The translations under genes and the position numbers were made by a program. Positions 25,030 through 39,000 of a DNA stretch of 64,000 nucleotides are shown one piece after another. Position 1 is the first letter of the stretch. Each line of letters starts with the position of its first letter. This DNA comes from Eledone cirrhosa (taxonomy: Eukaryota). Under the pieces are notes generated by a model that worked only from the letters and a program-made list of their open reading frames with translations, was not told where the DNA came from and made no database searches. The DNA is taken from NCBI GenBank assembly GCA_964016885.1, contig OZ024753.1, positions 26,536,001 to 26,600,000 of the forward strand, read 5' to 3'.

Positions 25030-28000
25030 CTATGTTGGGAGAGTGCGTTATCTATGTTGGCAGAGTGTCATTACCTATCTATGGAGGGTGCCGTTACCTA
25101 TGTTAGGAGGGTGCCATTACCTATGTTGGGAGGGTGTCGTTACCTATGTTAGAAGAGTGCCGTTACCTATGTTGGGAGCGTGCTGTTACCTATGTTGGGA
25201 GATTGCCGTTACCTATGTTGGGAGAGTGCACTTACTGATATTGGAAGGTGCCGTTACCTATGTTAGTAGGGTGCCGTTACCTATGCTGGGAGAGTGCCAT
25301 TACCTATGTTGGGAGGGTGGCGTTCCCTATATTGGGAGAGTGCCATTACCTATGTTATGAGGGTGCCGTTACCTATGTTAGGAGGGTGCCATTACCTATG
25401 TTGGGAGAGTGCCATTACCTATGTTGGGAGAGTGCCATTACCTATGTTGGGAGGGTGCCGCTACCTTTGTTGGGAGAGTGCCATTACCTATGTTAGGAGG
25501 GTGCCATTACCTATGTTAGGAGGGTGCCTTTACCTATGTTTGAAGGGTGCCGTTACCTATGTTAGGAGGGTGCGTTACCTATGTTGGGAGGATGACCTTA
25601 CCTATGTTGGGAGGGTGCCGTTACCTATGTTGGAAGGGTGCCGTTACCTATGTTAGGAGGGTGCCGTTACCTATGTTAGGAGAGTATCGTTACCTATGTT
25701 AGGAGGGTACCAGTACCTATGTTGGAAGGGTGCCGTTACCTATATTGGAAGAGTGTCTTTACCTATGTTGGGGGGTGCTGTTACCTATGTTGGTAGGGTG
25801 CCATTACATATGTTGGGAGATTGTCTTTACCTATGTTAGGAGAGTGCCATTACTTATGTTAGGAGGGTGCCGATACCTATGTTGGGAGGCTGCTGTTACC
25901 TTTGTTGGGAGAGTGCCATTACCTATGTTGGGAGGGTGGCATTACGTATGTTAGGCGGGTGCCGTTACGTATGTTGGGAGGGTGCCATTAACTATGTTCG
26001 GATAGTGCCATTACCAATGTTAGGAGGGTGCCGTTACCTATGTTGGAAGAGTGGCATTACCTATGTTAGGAGGGTGCCGTTACCTATGTTGGGAGAGTGC
26101 CCTTACCTATGTTGGCAGAGTGCCGTTACCTATGTTGGGAGAGTGGCCTTACCTATGTTGGGAGAGTGCCATTACCTATGTTGTGAGGTTGCCATTACCT
26201 ATGTTTGGAGGTGCCGTTACCTACGTTGGCTGAGTGCCATTACTTATGTTCAGAGGGTGCCGTTACCTATGTTAGGAGGGTGCCGTTACCTATGTTGGGA
26301 GGGTGGCGTTACCTATGTTGGGAGAGTGCCATTACCTAAGTTTGGATGGTGGCATTACCTACGTGAGGAGGGTGTCGTTACCTATGTTGCGAGAGTGCCA
26401 TTACCTCTTTTAGGAGGGTGGCATTACCTATGTTGGGAGAGTGCCATTAACTATGTTAGGAGGGTGCCGTTACCTATGTTAGGATGGTGCCTTTACGTAT
26501 GTTGGGAGGGTGCCATTACCTATGTTGGGAGGGTGCCGTTACCTATGTTGGGAGAGTGCCGTTACCTATGTTAGGAGGGTGTCGTTACCAATGTTAGGAG
26601 GGTGCCATTACCTATGTTGGAAGGGTGCCGTTACCTATGTTAGGAGGGTGTCTTTACCTATGTTGGAAGGGTGCCGTTACCTATGTTAGGAGGGTGCGTT
26701 ACCTATGTTGGGTAGGTGCCGTTACCTATGTTGGGAGAGTGCCATTACCTATGTTAGGAGGGTGTCGTTACCAATGTTAGGAGGGTGCCATTACCTATGT
26801 TGGAAGGGTGACAATACCTATGTTAGGAGGGTGCCATTACCTATATTGGGTGGGTGATTTTAACTATGGTGGGAGGGTGCCGTTACCTATGTTGCGAGAG
26901 TGCCGTTACCTATGTTGGGAGAGTGCCGTTACCTATGATATGAGGGTGCCTTACATATCTTGGGAAAGTGCCATTACCTACGTTAGGAGGGTGCCATGAC
27001 CTACGTTAGGAGGGTGCCGTTGCCTATGTTGGGATGGTGCCGTTACCTATGTTTTGATGGTGACATTACCTATGATGGGAGTGTGCCGTTACCTATCTTG
27101 GGAGAGTGCCATTACCTATGTTGGGAGGGTGCCTTTACCTATGTTGGGAGGGTGCTGTTACCTATGTTGGTAGGGTGCCATTACGTATGTTGGGAGATTG
27201 CCGTTACCTATGTTAGGAGAGTGCCATTACTTATGTTAGGTGGGTGCCGATACCTACGTTGGGAGGCTGCTGTTACCTATGTTGGGAGGGTGCCATTACC
27301 TATGTTGGGAGGGTGGCATTACGTATGTTAGGCGGGTGCCGTTACGTATGTTGGGAGGATGCCATTAACTATGTTCGGATAGTGCCATTACCAATGTTAG
27401 GAGGGTGCCGTTACCTATGTTGGAAGGGTGGCATTACCTATGTTAGGAGGGTGCCATTACCTATGTTGGGAGAGTGCCATTCCCTATGTTGGGAGAGTGC
27501 CATTACCTATGTTGGGAGGGTTCGATTACCTATGTTGGGAGAGTGCCATTATCTACGTTAGGAGGGTGCCGTTACCTATGTTGGGAGACTGCCATTACCT
27601 ATGTTGGGAGGGTGCCATTACCTATGTTGGGAGGGTGCCGTTACCTACGTTGGCAGAGTGACGTTACCTATGTTGGGAGAGTGCCCTTACCTATGTTGGG
27701 AGAGTGCCAATACCTATGTTGGGAGGGTGCCGTTACCTATGTTGGGAGAGTGCCATTACCTATGTTGGGGTGGTGCCGTTATCTATGGTGGGAGAGAACC
27801 ATTACCTATCTTAGGAGGGTGCCGTTAGCAATGTTAGGAGGGTACCATTACCTATGTTGGAAGGGTGCCATTACCTATGTTGGCAGGGTGCCGTTACGTA
27901 TGTTGGGAGAGTGCCCTGAACGATGTTGGGAGAGTGCCAATACCTATGTTAGGAGGGTGCCATTACCTACGTTCAAAGGGTGCCATTACTTATGTTCGGA

Positions 28001-31000
28001 GGGTGCCGTTACCTATGTTAGGAGGGTGCCGTTACCTATGTTGGGAGAGTGCCATTACCGTTGTGAGGAGGGTGCCGTTACCTATTTTAGGAGGGTGCCT
28101 TTACCTATGTTGGAAGGGTGCCGTTACCTATGATAGGAGGGTGCGTTACCTATGTTGGGAGGATGCCGTTACCTATATTAGGAGGGTGCCGTTGCCTATG
28201 TTGGGATGGTGCCTTTAACTATGTTGGGAGAGTGCCATTACCTATGTTAGGAGGGTACCGCTACCTATGTTGGGAGAGTGACGTTACCTATGTTGGGAGA
28301 GTGCCATTTCCTATGTTAGCAGAGTGCCGTTACCTATGTTGGGAGAGTGCCATTACCTATGTTAGGAGGGTGCCGTTACCTATGTTAGGAGAATGCCTTT
28401 ACTTATGTTGGAAGGGTGCCGTTACCTATGATAGGACGGTGCGTTACCTATGTTGGGAGGATGCCGTTACCTATATTAGGAGGGTGCCATTAACTATGTT
28501 GGAAGGGTGCCGTTACCTATGTTAGGAGGGTGCCGTTGCCTATGTTGGCATGGTGCCGTTACCTCTGTTGGGATGGTGACATTACCTATGTTGGGAGAGT
28601 GACGTTACCTATGTTGGGAGAGTGCCATTTCCTATGTTAGCAGGGTGCCGTTACCTATATTGGGAGAGTGCCATTACCTATGTTAGGAGGTTGCCGTTAC
28701 CTATGTTGGGAGAGTTCCATTATCTATGTTGGGAGGGTGCCGTTACCTATGTTGGGAGAGTGCGTTATCTATGTTGGCAGAGTGTCATTACCTATCTATG
28801 GAGGGTGCCGTTACCTATGTTAGGAGGGTGCCATTACCTATGTTGGGAGGGTGTCGTTACCTATGTTAGAAGAGTGCCGTTACCTATGTTGGGAGCGTGC
28901 TGTTACCTATGTTGGGAGATTGCCGTTACCTATGTTGGGAGAGTGCACTTACTGATATTGGAAGGTGCCGTTACCTATGTTAGGAGGGTGCCGTTACCTA
29001 TGCTGGGAGAGTGCCATTACCTATGTTGGGAGGGTGCCGTTACCTATGTTAGGAGGGTGCCATTACCTATGTTGGGAGAGTGCCATTACCTATGTTGGGA
29101 GAGTGCCATTACCTATGTTTGGAGGGTGCCGCTACCTTTGTTGGGAGAGTGCCATTACCTATGTTAGGAGGGTGCCATTACCTATGTTAGGAGGGTGCCT
29201 TTACCTATGTTTGAAGGGTGCCGTTACCTATGTTAGGAGGGTGCGTTACCTATGTTGGGAGGATGACCTTACCTATGTTGGGAGGGTGCCGTTACCTATG
29301 TTGGAAGGGTGCCGTTACCTATGTTAGGAGGGTGCCGTTACCTATGTTAGGAGAGTATCGTTACCTATGTTAGGAGGGTACCAGTACCTATGTTGGAAGG
29401 GTGCCGTTACCTATATTGGAAGAGTGTCTTTACCTATGTTGGGGGGTGCTGTTACCTATGTTGGTAGGGTGCCATTACATATGTTGGGAGATTGTCTTTA
29501 CCTATGTTAGGAGAGTGCCATTACTTATGTTAGGAGGGTGCCGATACCTATGTTGGGAGGCTGCTGTTACCTTTGTTGGGAGAGTGCCATTACCTATGTT
29601 GGGAGGGTGGCATTACGTATGTTAGGCGGGTGCCGTTACGTATGTTGGGAGGGTGCCATTAACTATGTTCGGATAGTGCCATTACCAATGTTAGGAGGGT
29701 GCCGTTACCTATGTTGGAAGAGTGGCATTACCTATGTTAGGAGGGTGCCATTACCTATGTTGGGAGAGTGCCATTCCCTATGTTGGAAGGGTGCCATTAG
29801 ATACATTAAGAGGGTGCCATTACCCATGTTTGGAGAGTGCCATTACCTATGTTGGAAGGGTGCCGTTACCTATGTTGGGAGAGTGCCATTATCTATGTTG
29901 GGAGAGTGCCATTACCTATGTTGGGAGGGTGCCATTACCTATGTTGGGAGGGTGCCGCTACCTACGTTGGCAGAGTGCCGTTACCTATGTTGGGAGAGTG
30001 CCCTTACCTATGGTGGGAGAGTGCCGTTACCTATGTTGGCAGAGTGCCGTTACCTATGTTGGGAGAGTGGCCTTACCTATGTTGGGAGAGTGCCATTACC
30101 TATGTTGGGAGGTTGCCATTACCTATGTTTGGAGGGTGCCGTTACCTACGTTGGCTGAGTGCCATTACTTATGTTCAGAGGGTGCCGTTACCTATGTTAG
30201 GAGGGTGCCGTTACCTATGTTGGGAGGGTGGCGTTACCTATGTTGGGAGAGTGCCATTACCTAAGTTTGGATGGTGGCATTACCTACGTGAGGAGGGTGT
30301 CGTTACCTATGTTGCGAGAGTGCCATTACCTCTTTTAGGAGGGTGGCATTACCTATGTTGGGAGAGTGCCATTAACTATGTTAGGAGGGTGCCGTTACCT
30401 ATGTTAGGATGGTGCCTTTACGTATGTTGGGAGGGTGCCATTACCTATGTTGGGAGGGTGCCGTTACCTATGTTGGGAGAGTGCCGTTACCTATGTTAGG
30501 AGGGTGCCGTTAACTATGTTCGGAGACTGCCATTACCTATGTTAGTAGGGTGCCGTTACCTATGTTAGGAGGGTGTCTTTACCTATGTTGGAAGGGTGCC
30601 GTTACCTATGTTAGGAGGGTGCGTTACCTATGTTGGGTAGGTGCCGTTACCTATGTTGGGAGAGTGCCATTACCTATGTTAGGAGGGTGTCGTTACCAAT
30701 GTTAGGAGGGTGCCATTACCTATGTTGGAAGGGTGACAATACCTATGTTAGGAGGGTGCCATTACCTATATTGGGTGGGTGATTTTAACTATGGTGGGAG
30801 GGTGCCGTTACCTATGTTGCGAGAGTGCCGTTACCTATGTTGGGAGAGTGCCGTTACCTATGATATGAGGGTGCCTTACATATCTTGGGAAAGTGCCATT
30901 ACCTACGTTAGGAGGGTGCCATTACCTATGTTAGGAGGGTGCCGTTGCCTATGTTGGGATGGTGCCGTTACCTATGTTGGGATGGTGACATTACCTATGA

Positions 31001-32090
31001 TGGGAGTGTGCCGTTACCTATCTTGGGAGAGTGCCATTACCTATGTTGGGATGGTGCCTTTACCTATGTTGGGAGGGTGCTGTTACCTATGTTGGTAGGG
31101 TGCCATTACGTATGTTGGGAGATTGCCGTTACCTATGTTAGGAGAGTGCCATTACTTATGTTAGGTGGGTGCCGATACCTACGTTGGGAGGCTGCTGTTA
31201 CCTATGTTGGGAGGGTGCCATTACCTATGTTGGGAGGGTGGCATTACGTATGTTAGGCGGGTGCCGTTACGTATGTTGGGAGGATGCCATTAACTATGTT
31301 CGGATAGTGCCATTACCAATGTTAGGAGGGTGCCGTTACCTATGTTGGAAGGGTGGCATTACCTATGTTAGGAGGGTGCCATTACCTATGTTGGGAGAGT
31401 GCCATTCCCTATGTTGGGAGAGTGCCATTACCTATGTTGGGAGGGTTCGATTACCTATGTTGGGAGAGTGCCATTATCTACGTTAGGAGGGTGCCGTTAC
31501 CTACGTTGGCAGAGTGACGTTACCTATGTTGGGAGAGTGCCCTTACCTATGTTGGGAGAGTGCCAATACCTATGTTGGGAGGGTGCCGTTACCTATGTTG
31601 GGAGAGTGCCATTACCTATGTTGGGGTGGTGCCGTTATCTATGGTGGGAGAGAACCATTACCTATCTTAGGAGGGTGCCGTTAGCAATGTTAGGAGGGTA
31701 CCATTACCTATGTTGGAAGGGTGCCATTACCTATGTTGGCAGGGTGCCGTTACGTATGTTGGGAGAGTGCCCTGAACGATGTTGGGAGAGTGCCAATACC
31801 TATGTTAGGAGGGTGCCATTACCTACGTTCAAAGGGTGCCATTACTTATGTTCGGAGGGTGCCGTTACCTATGTTAGGAGGGTGCCGTTACCTATGTTGG
31901 GAGAGTGCCATTACCGTTGTGAGGAGGGTGCCGTTACCTATTTTAGGAGGGTGCCTTTACCTATGTTGGAAGGGTGCCGTTACCTATGATAGGAGGGTGC
32001 GTTACCTATGTTGGGAGGATGCCGTTACCTATATTAGGAGGGTGCCGTTGCCTATGTTGGGATGGTGCCTTTAACTATGTTGGGAGAGTG
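25030..32090 (+). repeat. ~3.7-3.9-kb tandem higher-order duplication in the 23-bp satellite (~25030-28230 vs ~28750-32090)
   Basis: ORF pairs 25730/29401 and 25867/29538 (offset 3671), 26808/30733 and 27244/31169 (3925), 27865/31721 and 28118/31974 (3856). Confidence 0.88.
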
Positions 32091-35000
32091 ACATTACCTA
32101 TGTTGGGAGGGTGCCGTTACCTATGTTGGGAGGGTGCCGTTACCTATGTTAGGACGGTGCCATTACCTATGTTAGGATGGTGCCATTAACTATGTTGGAA
32201 GGGTGCCGTTACCTATTTCGGGAGAGTGCCATTATCTATGTTAGGAGGGTACCTTTACTTATGTTAGGAGAGTGCCTTTACCTATGTTGGAAGGGTGTCA
32301 TTACCTATGTTAGGAGGGTGGAATTACCTATGTGGGGAGAGTGCCATTACCTATGTTAGGAAGGTGCCCTTACCTATGGTGGGAGGGTGTCGTTACCTAT
32401 GTTGGGATAGTGCCGTTACCTATGTTGGGAGGGTGGCGTTACCTATGTTGGGAGGGTGCCGTTACCTATGTTGGGAGAGTGCCGTTACCTATGTTGGGAG
32501 AGTGCCATTACCTATGTTAGGAGTGTGCCGTTACCTATGTTGGGAGAGTGCCATTACCTATGTTAGGAGGGTGGCGTTACCTATGTTAGGAGAATGCCTT
32601 TACCTATGTTGGAAGGGTGCCGTTACCTATGATAGGACGGTGCGTTACCTATGTTGGGAGGATGCCGTTACCTATAGTAGGAGGGTGCCGTTGACTATGT
32701 TGGGATGGTGCCGTTACCTATGTTGGGAGAGTGGCATTACCTATGTTGGTAGGGTGCCGTTACCTATGTTGGGAGGGTGCCATTACCTATGTTAGGACGG
32801 TGCCATTACCTATGTTATGATGGTGCCATTAACTATGTTGGAAGGGTGCCGTTACTTATTTCGGGAGAGTCCCATTATCTATTTTAGGAGGGTGCCGTTA
32901 CCTATATTAGGAGGGTGCCATAACCTATGTTGGGAGGGTGCCGTTACCTATGTTGGGAGGGTGCCGTTACCTATGTTAAAAGAGTGCCGTTACCTATGTT
33001 GGGAGCGTGCCGTTACCTATGTTGGGAGATTGCCGTTACCTATGTTGGGAGAGTGCCATTACCTATGTTGGGAGGGTGCTATTACCTATGTTAGGAGGGA
33101 GCCGTTACCTATGTTAGGAGGGTGCCATTACCTCTGTTGGGAGAGTGGTATTACCTATGTTGGGAGAGTGCTATTACCTATGTTAGGAGGGTGCCGTTAC
33201 CTATGTTGGGATGGTGGCATTACCTATGTTAGGAGGGTGCCGTTAGCTATATTGGGTGGGTGCCGTTAACTATGGTGGGAGGGTGCCATTACGTATGTTG
33301 GGAGAGTACCGTTACCTATGTTGGGAGGGCGCCGTTACATATTTTGGGAGAGTACCATTACCTATGTTAGGATGGTGCCATTACCTATGTTGGAAGGGTG
33401 CCGTTACCTATGTTAGGAGGGTGCCGTTGCCTATGTTGGGATGGTGCCGTTACCTATGTTAGGAGAGTATCGTTACCTATGTTTGGAGGGTACCAGTACC
33501 TATGTTGGAAGGGTGCCGTTACCTATATTGGTAGGGTGCCATTACATATGTTGGGAGATTGCCGTTACCTATGTTGGGAGAATGCCATTACTTATGTTAG
33601 GAGTCTGCCGATACCTATGTTGGGAGGCTGCTGTTACCTCTGTTGGGAGAGTGCCATTACCTATGTTGGGAGGGTGGCATTACGTATGTTAAACGGGTGC
33701 CGTTACGTATGTTGGGAGGGTGCCATTAACTATGTTCGGATAGTGCCATTACCAATGTTAGGAGGGTGCCGTTACCTATGTTGGAAGGGTGGCATTACCT
33801 ATGTTAGGAGGGTGCCATTACCTATGTTGGGAGAGTGCCATTACCTATGTTGGAAGGGTGCCATTAGCTACATTATGAGGGTGCCATTACCCATGTTGGG
33901 AGAGTGCCATTACCTATGTTGGAAGGTGTCCGTTACCTATGTTGGGAGAGTGCCATTATCTATGTTAGGAGAGTGCCGTTACCTATGTTGGGAGAGTGCC
34001 ATTACCTATGTTGGGAGGGTGCCATTACCTATGTTGGGAGGGTGCCGTTACCTACGTTGGCAGAGTGCCGTTACCTATGTTGGGAGAGTGCCCTTACCTA
34101 TGTTGGGAGAGTGCCATTACCTATGTTGGGAGGGTGCCGTTACCTATGTTGGTCGAGTGCCATTACCTATGTTGGGGGGGTGCCGTTATCTATGTTGGGA
34201 GAGTGCCATTACCTATCTTAGGAGGGTGCCGTTAGCTATGTTAGGAGGGTGCCATTACCTATGTTGGAAGGGTGCCATTACCTATGTTGGGAGGGTGCCG
34301 TTACCTATGTTGACAGAGTGCCGTTACCTATGTTGGGAGAGTGCCCTTAACTATGTTGGGAGAGTGCCGTTACCTATGTTTGGAGGGTGCCGTTACCTGT
34401 GTTGGGAGAGTGCCATTACCTATGTTAGGAGGGTGCCATTACCTATGTTAGGAGAGTGCCATTACCTATGTTCGAAGGGTGCCATTACCTATGTTAGGAG
34501 GGTGCCATTACCTATGTTCAAATGGTGCCATTACTTATGTTAGGAGGGTGCCGTTACCTATGTCAGGAGGGTGCCGTTACCTATGTTGGGAGGGTACCGT
34601 TACCTATGTTGGGAGAGTGCCATTACCTATGTTGGGATGGTGGAATTACCTACGTGAGGGTGCTGTTACCTATGTTAGGAGGGTGCCATTACCTCTGTTA
34701 GGAGGGTGGTATTACCTATGTTGGGAGAGTGTCATTACCTATATTAGGAGGGTGTCGTTACCTATGTTGGGAGGGTGGCATTTCCTATGTTAGGAGGGTG
34801 CCATTACCTATGTTGGGAGAGTGCCATTACCTATGTTAGTAGGCTGCTGTTGCCTATGTTAGGAGAGTACCGTTACCTATGTTAGGAGGGTGCCTTTACC
34901 TATGTTGGGAGTGTGCCGTTAACTATGTTGGGAGAGTGCCATTACCTATGTTGGGTGGGTGCCGTTATCTACGTTGGCAGAGTGCCATTACCTATCTTAG

Positions 35001-36049
35001 GAGTGTGCAGTTACCTATGTTAGGAAGGTGCCATTACCTATGTTGGATGGGTGCCATTACCTCTGTTGGAAGGGTGCCATTATCTACATTAGGAAGGTGC
35101 CATTACCTATGTTGGGAGGGTGCCGTTACATATGTTGGGAGAGTGCCATTACCTATGTTGGGAGAGTGCCACGACCTATGTTAGGAGGGTGCCGTTACCT
35201 ATGTTGGGAGAGTGCCATTACCTATGTTAGCAGGGTACCGTTACCTATGTTGGGAAAGTACCGTTACCTATGTTGGAAGGGTGTCATTACCTATGTTAGG
35301 AGGGTGCCATTACCTATGTTGGGAGAGTGCCATTAACTATGTTAGGAAGATGCCGTTACCTATGGTGGGAGGGTGCCGTTACCTATGTTGGGACAGTGCC
35401 GTTACCTATGTTGGGAGGGTGGCGTTACCTATGTTGCGAGGGTGCCGTTACCTATGTTGGGAGAGTGCCGTTACCTATGTTGGGAGAGTGCCTTTACCTA
35501 TGTTAGGGGGTGCACTTACCTATGTTGGGAGAGTTCCATTACCTATGTTAGGAGGGTGCTGTTACCTATGTTAGGAGAATGCCTTTACCTATGGTGGAAT
35601 GGTGCCGTTACCTATGATAATACGGTGCGTTACCTATGTTGGGAGGATGCCGTTACCTATATTAGGAGGGTGTCATTGCCTATCTTAGGAGGGTGCCGTT
35701 ACCTATGTTAGTAGGATGCCATTACCTATGTTGGAAGGGTGCCATTACCTATGTTGGAATGGTGCCAATACCTACATTAGGAGGGTGCCATTACCCATGT
35801 TGGGAGGGTGCAATTACATATGTTGGGAGGGTGCCGTTACCTATGTTGGGAGATTACCGCTACCTATGTTGGGAGAGTGCCATTACTTATGTTGGAAGAT
35901 GCCGTTACCCATGTTAGGAGGGTGCCGTTACCTATGTTAGGAGGGTGACATTACCTATGTTAGGAGGGTGCCATTACCTATGTTAGGAGGGTGCCGTTGT
36001 CTAAGTTGGGATGGTGCCGTTACCTATGTTGGGATGGCGACATTACCTA

Positions 36050-39000
36050 TGATGGGAGAGTGCCATTACCTATGTTGGGAGGGTGCCGTTACCTATGTTG
36101 GGAGAGTGCCGTTAACTATGTTGGGAGGGTGCCGGTACCTATGTTGGGAGTGTGCCATTACCTATGTTAGGAGGGTGCCGTTACCAATGTTGGGAGAGTG
36201 CCATTATCTATGTTGGGAGGGTGGCGTTACCTATGTTGGGAGAGTGCCATTACCTATGTTATGAGGGTGCCGTTACCTATGTTAGGAGGGTGCCATTACC
36301 TATGTTGGGAGAGTGCTATTACCTATGTTGTGAGAGTGCTATTACCTATGTTAGGAGGGTGCCGTTACCTATGTGGGGAGAGTGACATTACCTATGTTGG
36401 GAGCGTGCCATTACCTGTGTTGAGAGAGTGCCATTACCTATGTTGGGAGGGTGTCGCTACCTATGTTGGGAGAGTGCCATTACCTATGTTATGACGGTGC
36501 CGTTACCTATGTTAGGAGGGTGCCTTTACCTATGCTGGAAGGGTGCCGTTACCTATGTTAGGAGGGTGCGTTACCTATGTTGGGAGGATGCCGTTACCTA
36601 TGTTGGGAGGGTGCCGTTACCTATGTTTGGAGTGTGCCATTACCTATGTTGGAAGTGTGCCAATACCTATGTTAGGAGGGTGCCATTACCTATGTTGGGA
36701 GAGTGCCATTATCTACGTTAGGAGGGCGCCATTACCTATATTGGGTGGGTGCCGTTAACTATGGTCGGAGGGTGCCGTTACCTATGTTGGGAGCGTGCCA
36801 TTACGTATCTTAGGAGGGTGCCGTTCCCTATGTTGGGAAAGTGCCGTTACCTATGTTGGGAGAGTGCCCTTACCTAAGTTGGGAGAGTGCCGTTACCTAT
36901 GTTAGGAGAGTGCCCTTACCTAAGTTGGGAGAGTGCCATTACCTATGTTAGTAGGGTGCCGTTACCTATGTTGGGAGAGTGCCATTACCTATGTTAGGAG
37001 GGTGCCGTTACCTATGTTGGGAGGGTGCCGTTACCTATGTTGGGAGAGTGCTATTACCTATGTTGGGAGGGTGCCGTTACCTTTGTTGGGAGAGTGCCAT
37101 TACCTATCTTAGGAGGGTGCCGTTGCCTATGTTGGGATGGTGCCATTACCTATGTTAGGAGGGTGCCGTTGCCTATGTTGGGATGGTGCCGTTACCTATG
37201 TTGGGATGGTGCCATTACCTATGTAGGAGGGTGCCGTTATCTATCTTGGGAGGGTGCCTTTACCTGTGTTGGGAGGGTGCCATTACCTATGTTGGGAGAG
37301 TGCTATTACCTATGTTGGGAGAGTGCCATTATCTATATTAGGAGGGTGCCGTTACCTATGTTAGGAGAGTGCCTTTACCTATTTTGGAAGGGTGCCGTTA
37401 CCTATGTTAGGAGGGTGCCGTTACCTATTTTGGGAGGGGGCCGTTACCTATGTTAGGAGGGTGCCGTTACCTATGTTAGGAGAGTGTCGTTACCTATGTT
37501 AGGAGGGTACAAGTACCTATGTTGGAAGTCTGCCGTTACCTATGTTTGGAAGAATGCCGTCACCTATGTTGGGAGGGTGCCGTTACCTATGTTGGGAGGG
37601 TGCAGTTACATATGTTGGGAGATTGCCGTTACCTATATTGGGAGAGTGCCATTACTTATGTTAGGAGGGTGCCGATACCTATGTTGGGAGAGTGGCATTA
37701 TCTATGTTAGGAGGGTGCCGTTACCTATGTTAGGAGGGTGCTGATACCTATGTTGGGAGGCTGCCGTTACCTATGTTGGGAGGGTGCCATTACCCATTTT
37801 CGGAGAGTGCCATTACCTATGTTAGGAGGGTGCCGTTACATATGTTGCGAGGGTGCCGTTACCTATGTTGGGAGAGTGCCGTCACCTATGTTGGGAGGGT
37901 GCCGTTACCTATGTTGGGAGAGTGCACTTACCTATGTTAGGAGGGCGCCGTTACCTATGTTAGGAGGGTGTCTTTACCTATGTTGGAAGGGTGCCGTTAC
38001 CTATGTTAGGGGGTGCCGTTACCTATGTTGGGAGAGTGCAGTCATCTATATTGGGAGAGTGCCATTACCTATGTTAGGAGCGTGCCTTTACTTATGTTGG
38101 AAGGGTGCCATTACCTATGTTGGGAGGGTGGCATTACCTATGTTGGGAGAGTGCCGTTACCTATGTTGGGAGGGTGCCGTTACCTATGTTGGGACAGTGC
38201 CATTACCTATCTTAGGAGGGTGCCGTTCCCTATTTTGGGAAAGTGCCAATACCTATGTTAGGAGGGTTCTATTACCTATGTTGGGAGAGGGCAATTACCT
38301 ATGTTAGGAGGCTGCCGTTACCTTTGTTGGGAGGGTGCCATTACCTATGTGGGACAGTGCCGTTACCTACGTTCGGAGAGTGCCGTTACCTATGTTTGGA
38401 GAGTGCCGTTTCGTATGTTAGGAGGGTGCCGTTACCTATGTTGGGAGAGTCCCATTACCTATGTTAGGAGGGTGCCGTTACCTATGTTAGGAGGGTGCCT
38501 TTACCTATGTTGGGAGGGTGCCGTTACCTATGTTGGGAGAGTGCCATTACCTATGTTGGGAGGGTGCCGTTACCTATGTTGGGAGGGTGCCGTTACCTAT
38601 GTTGGGAGAGTGCCGTTAACTATGTTGGGAGGGTGCCGGTACCTATGTTGGGAGTGTGCCATTACCTATGTTAGGAAGTTGCCGTTACCTATGTTGGGAG
38701 AGTGCCATTACCTATGTTGGGAGGGTGGCGTTCCCTATGTTGGGAGAGTGCTATTACCTATGTTATGAGGATGATGTTACCTATGTTTTGAGGGGGCCGT
38801 TACCTATGTTGGGAGAGTGCCATTACCTATGTTGGGAGGGTGGCGTTCCCTATGTTGGGAGAGTTCCATTACCTGTGTTGAGTGAGTGCCATTACCTATG
38901 TTGGGAGGGTGCCGTTACCTATGTTAGGAGGGTGCCATTACCTATGTTGGGAGAGTGCTATTACCTATGTTGGGAGAGTGCTATTACCTATGTTAGGAGG

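Noticed and set aside
33398-34543. Longest satellite ORF (381 aa) as a selected reading frame
   Set aside because: It needs only about 16 successive in-frame monomers without TAG. With non-TAG monomers in the majority and ~1,870 starting points, one such run is plausible by chance.
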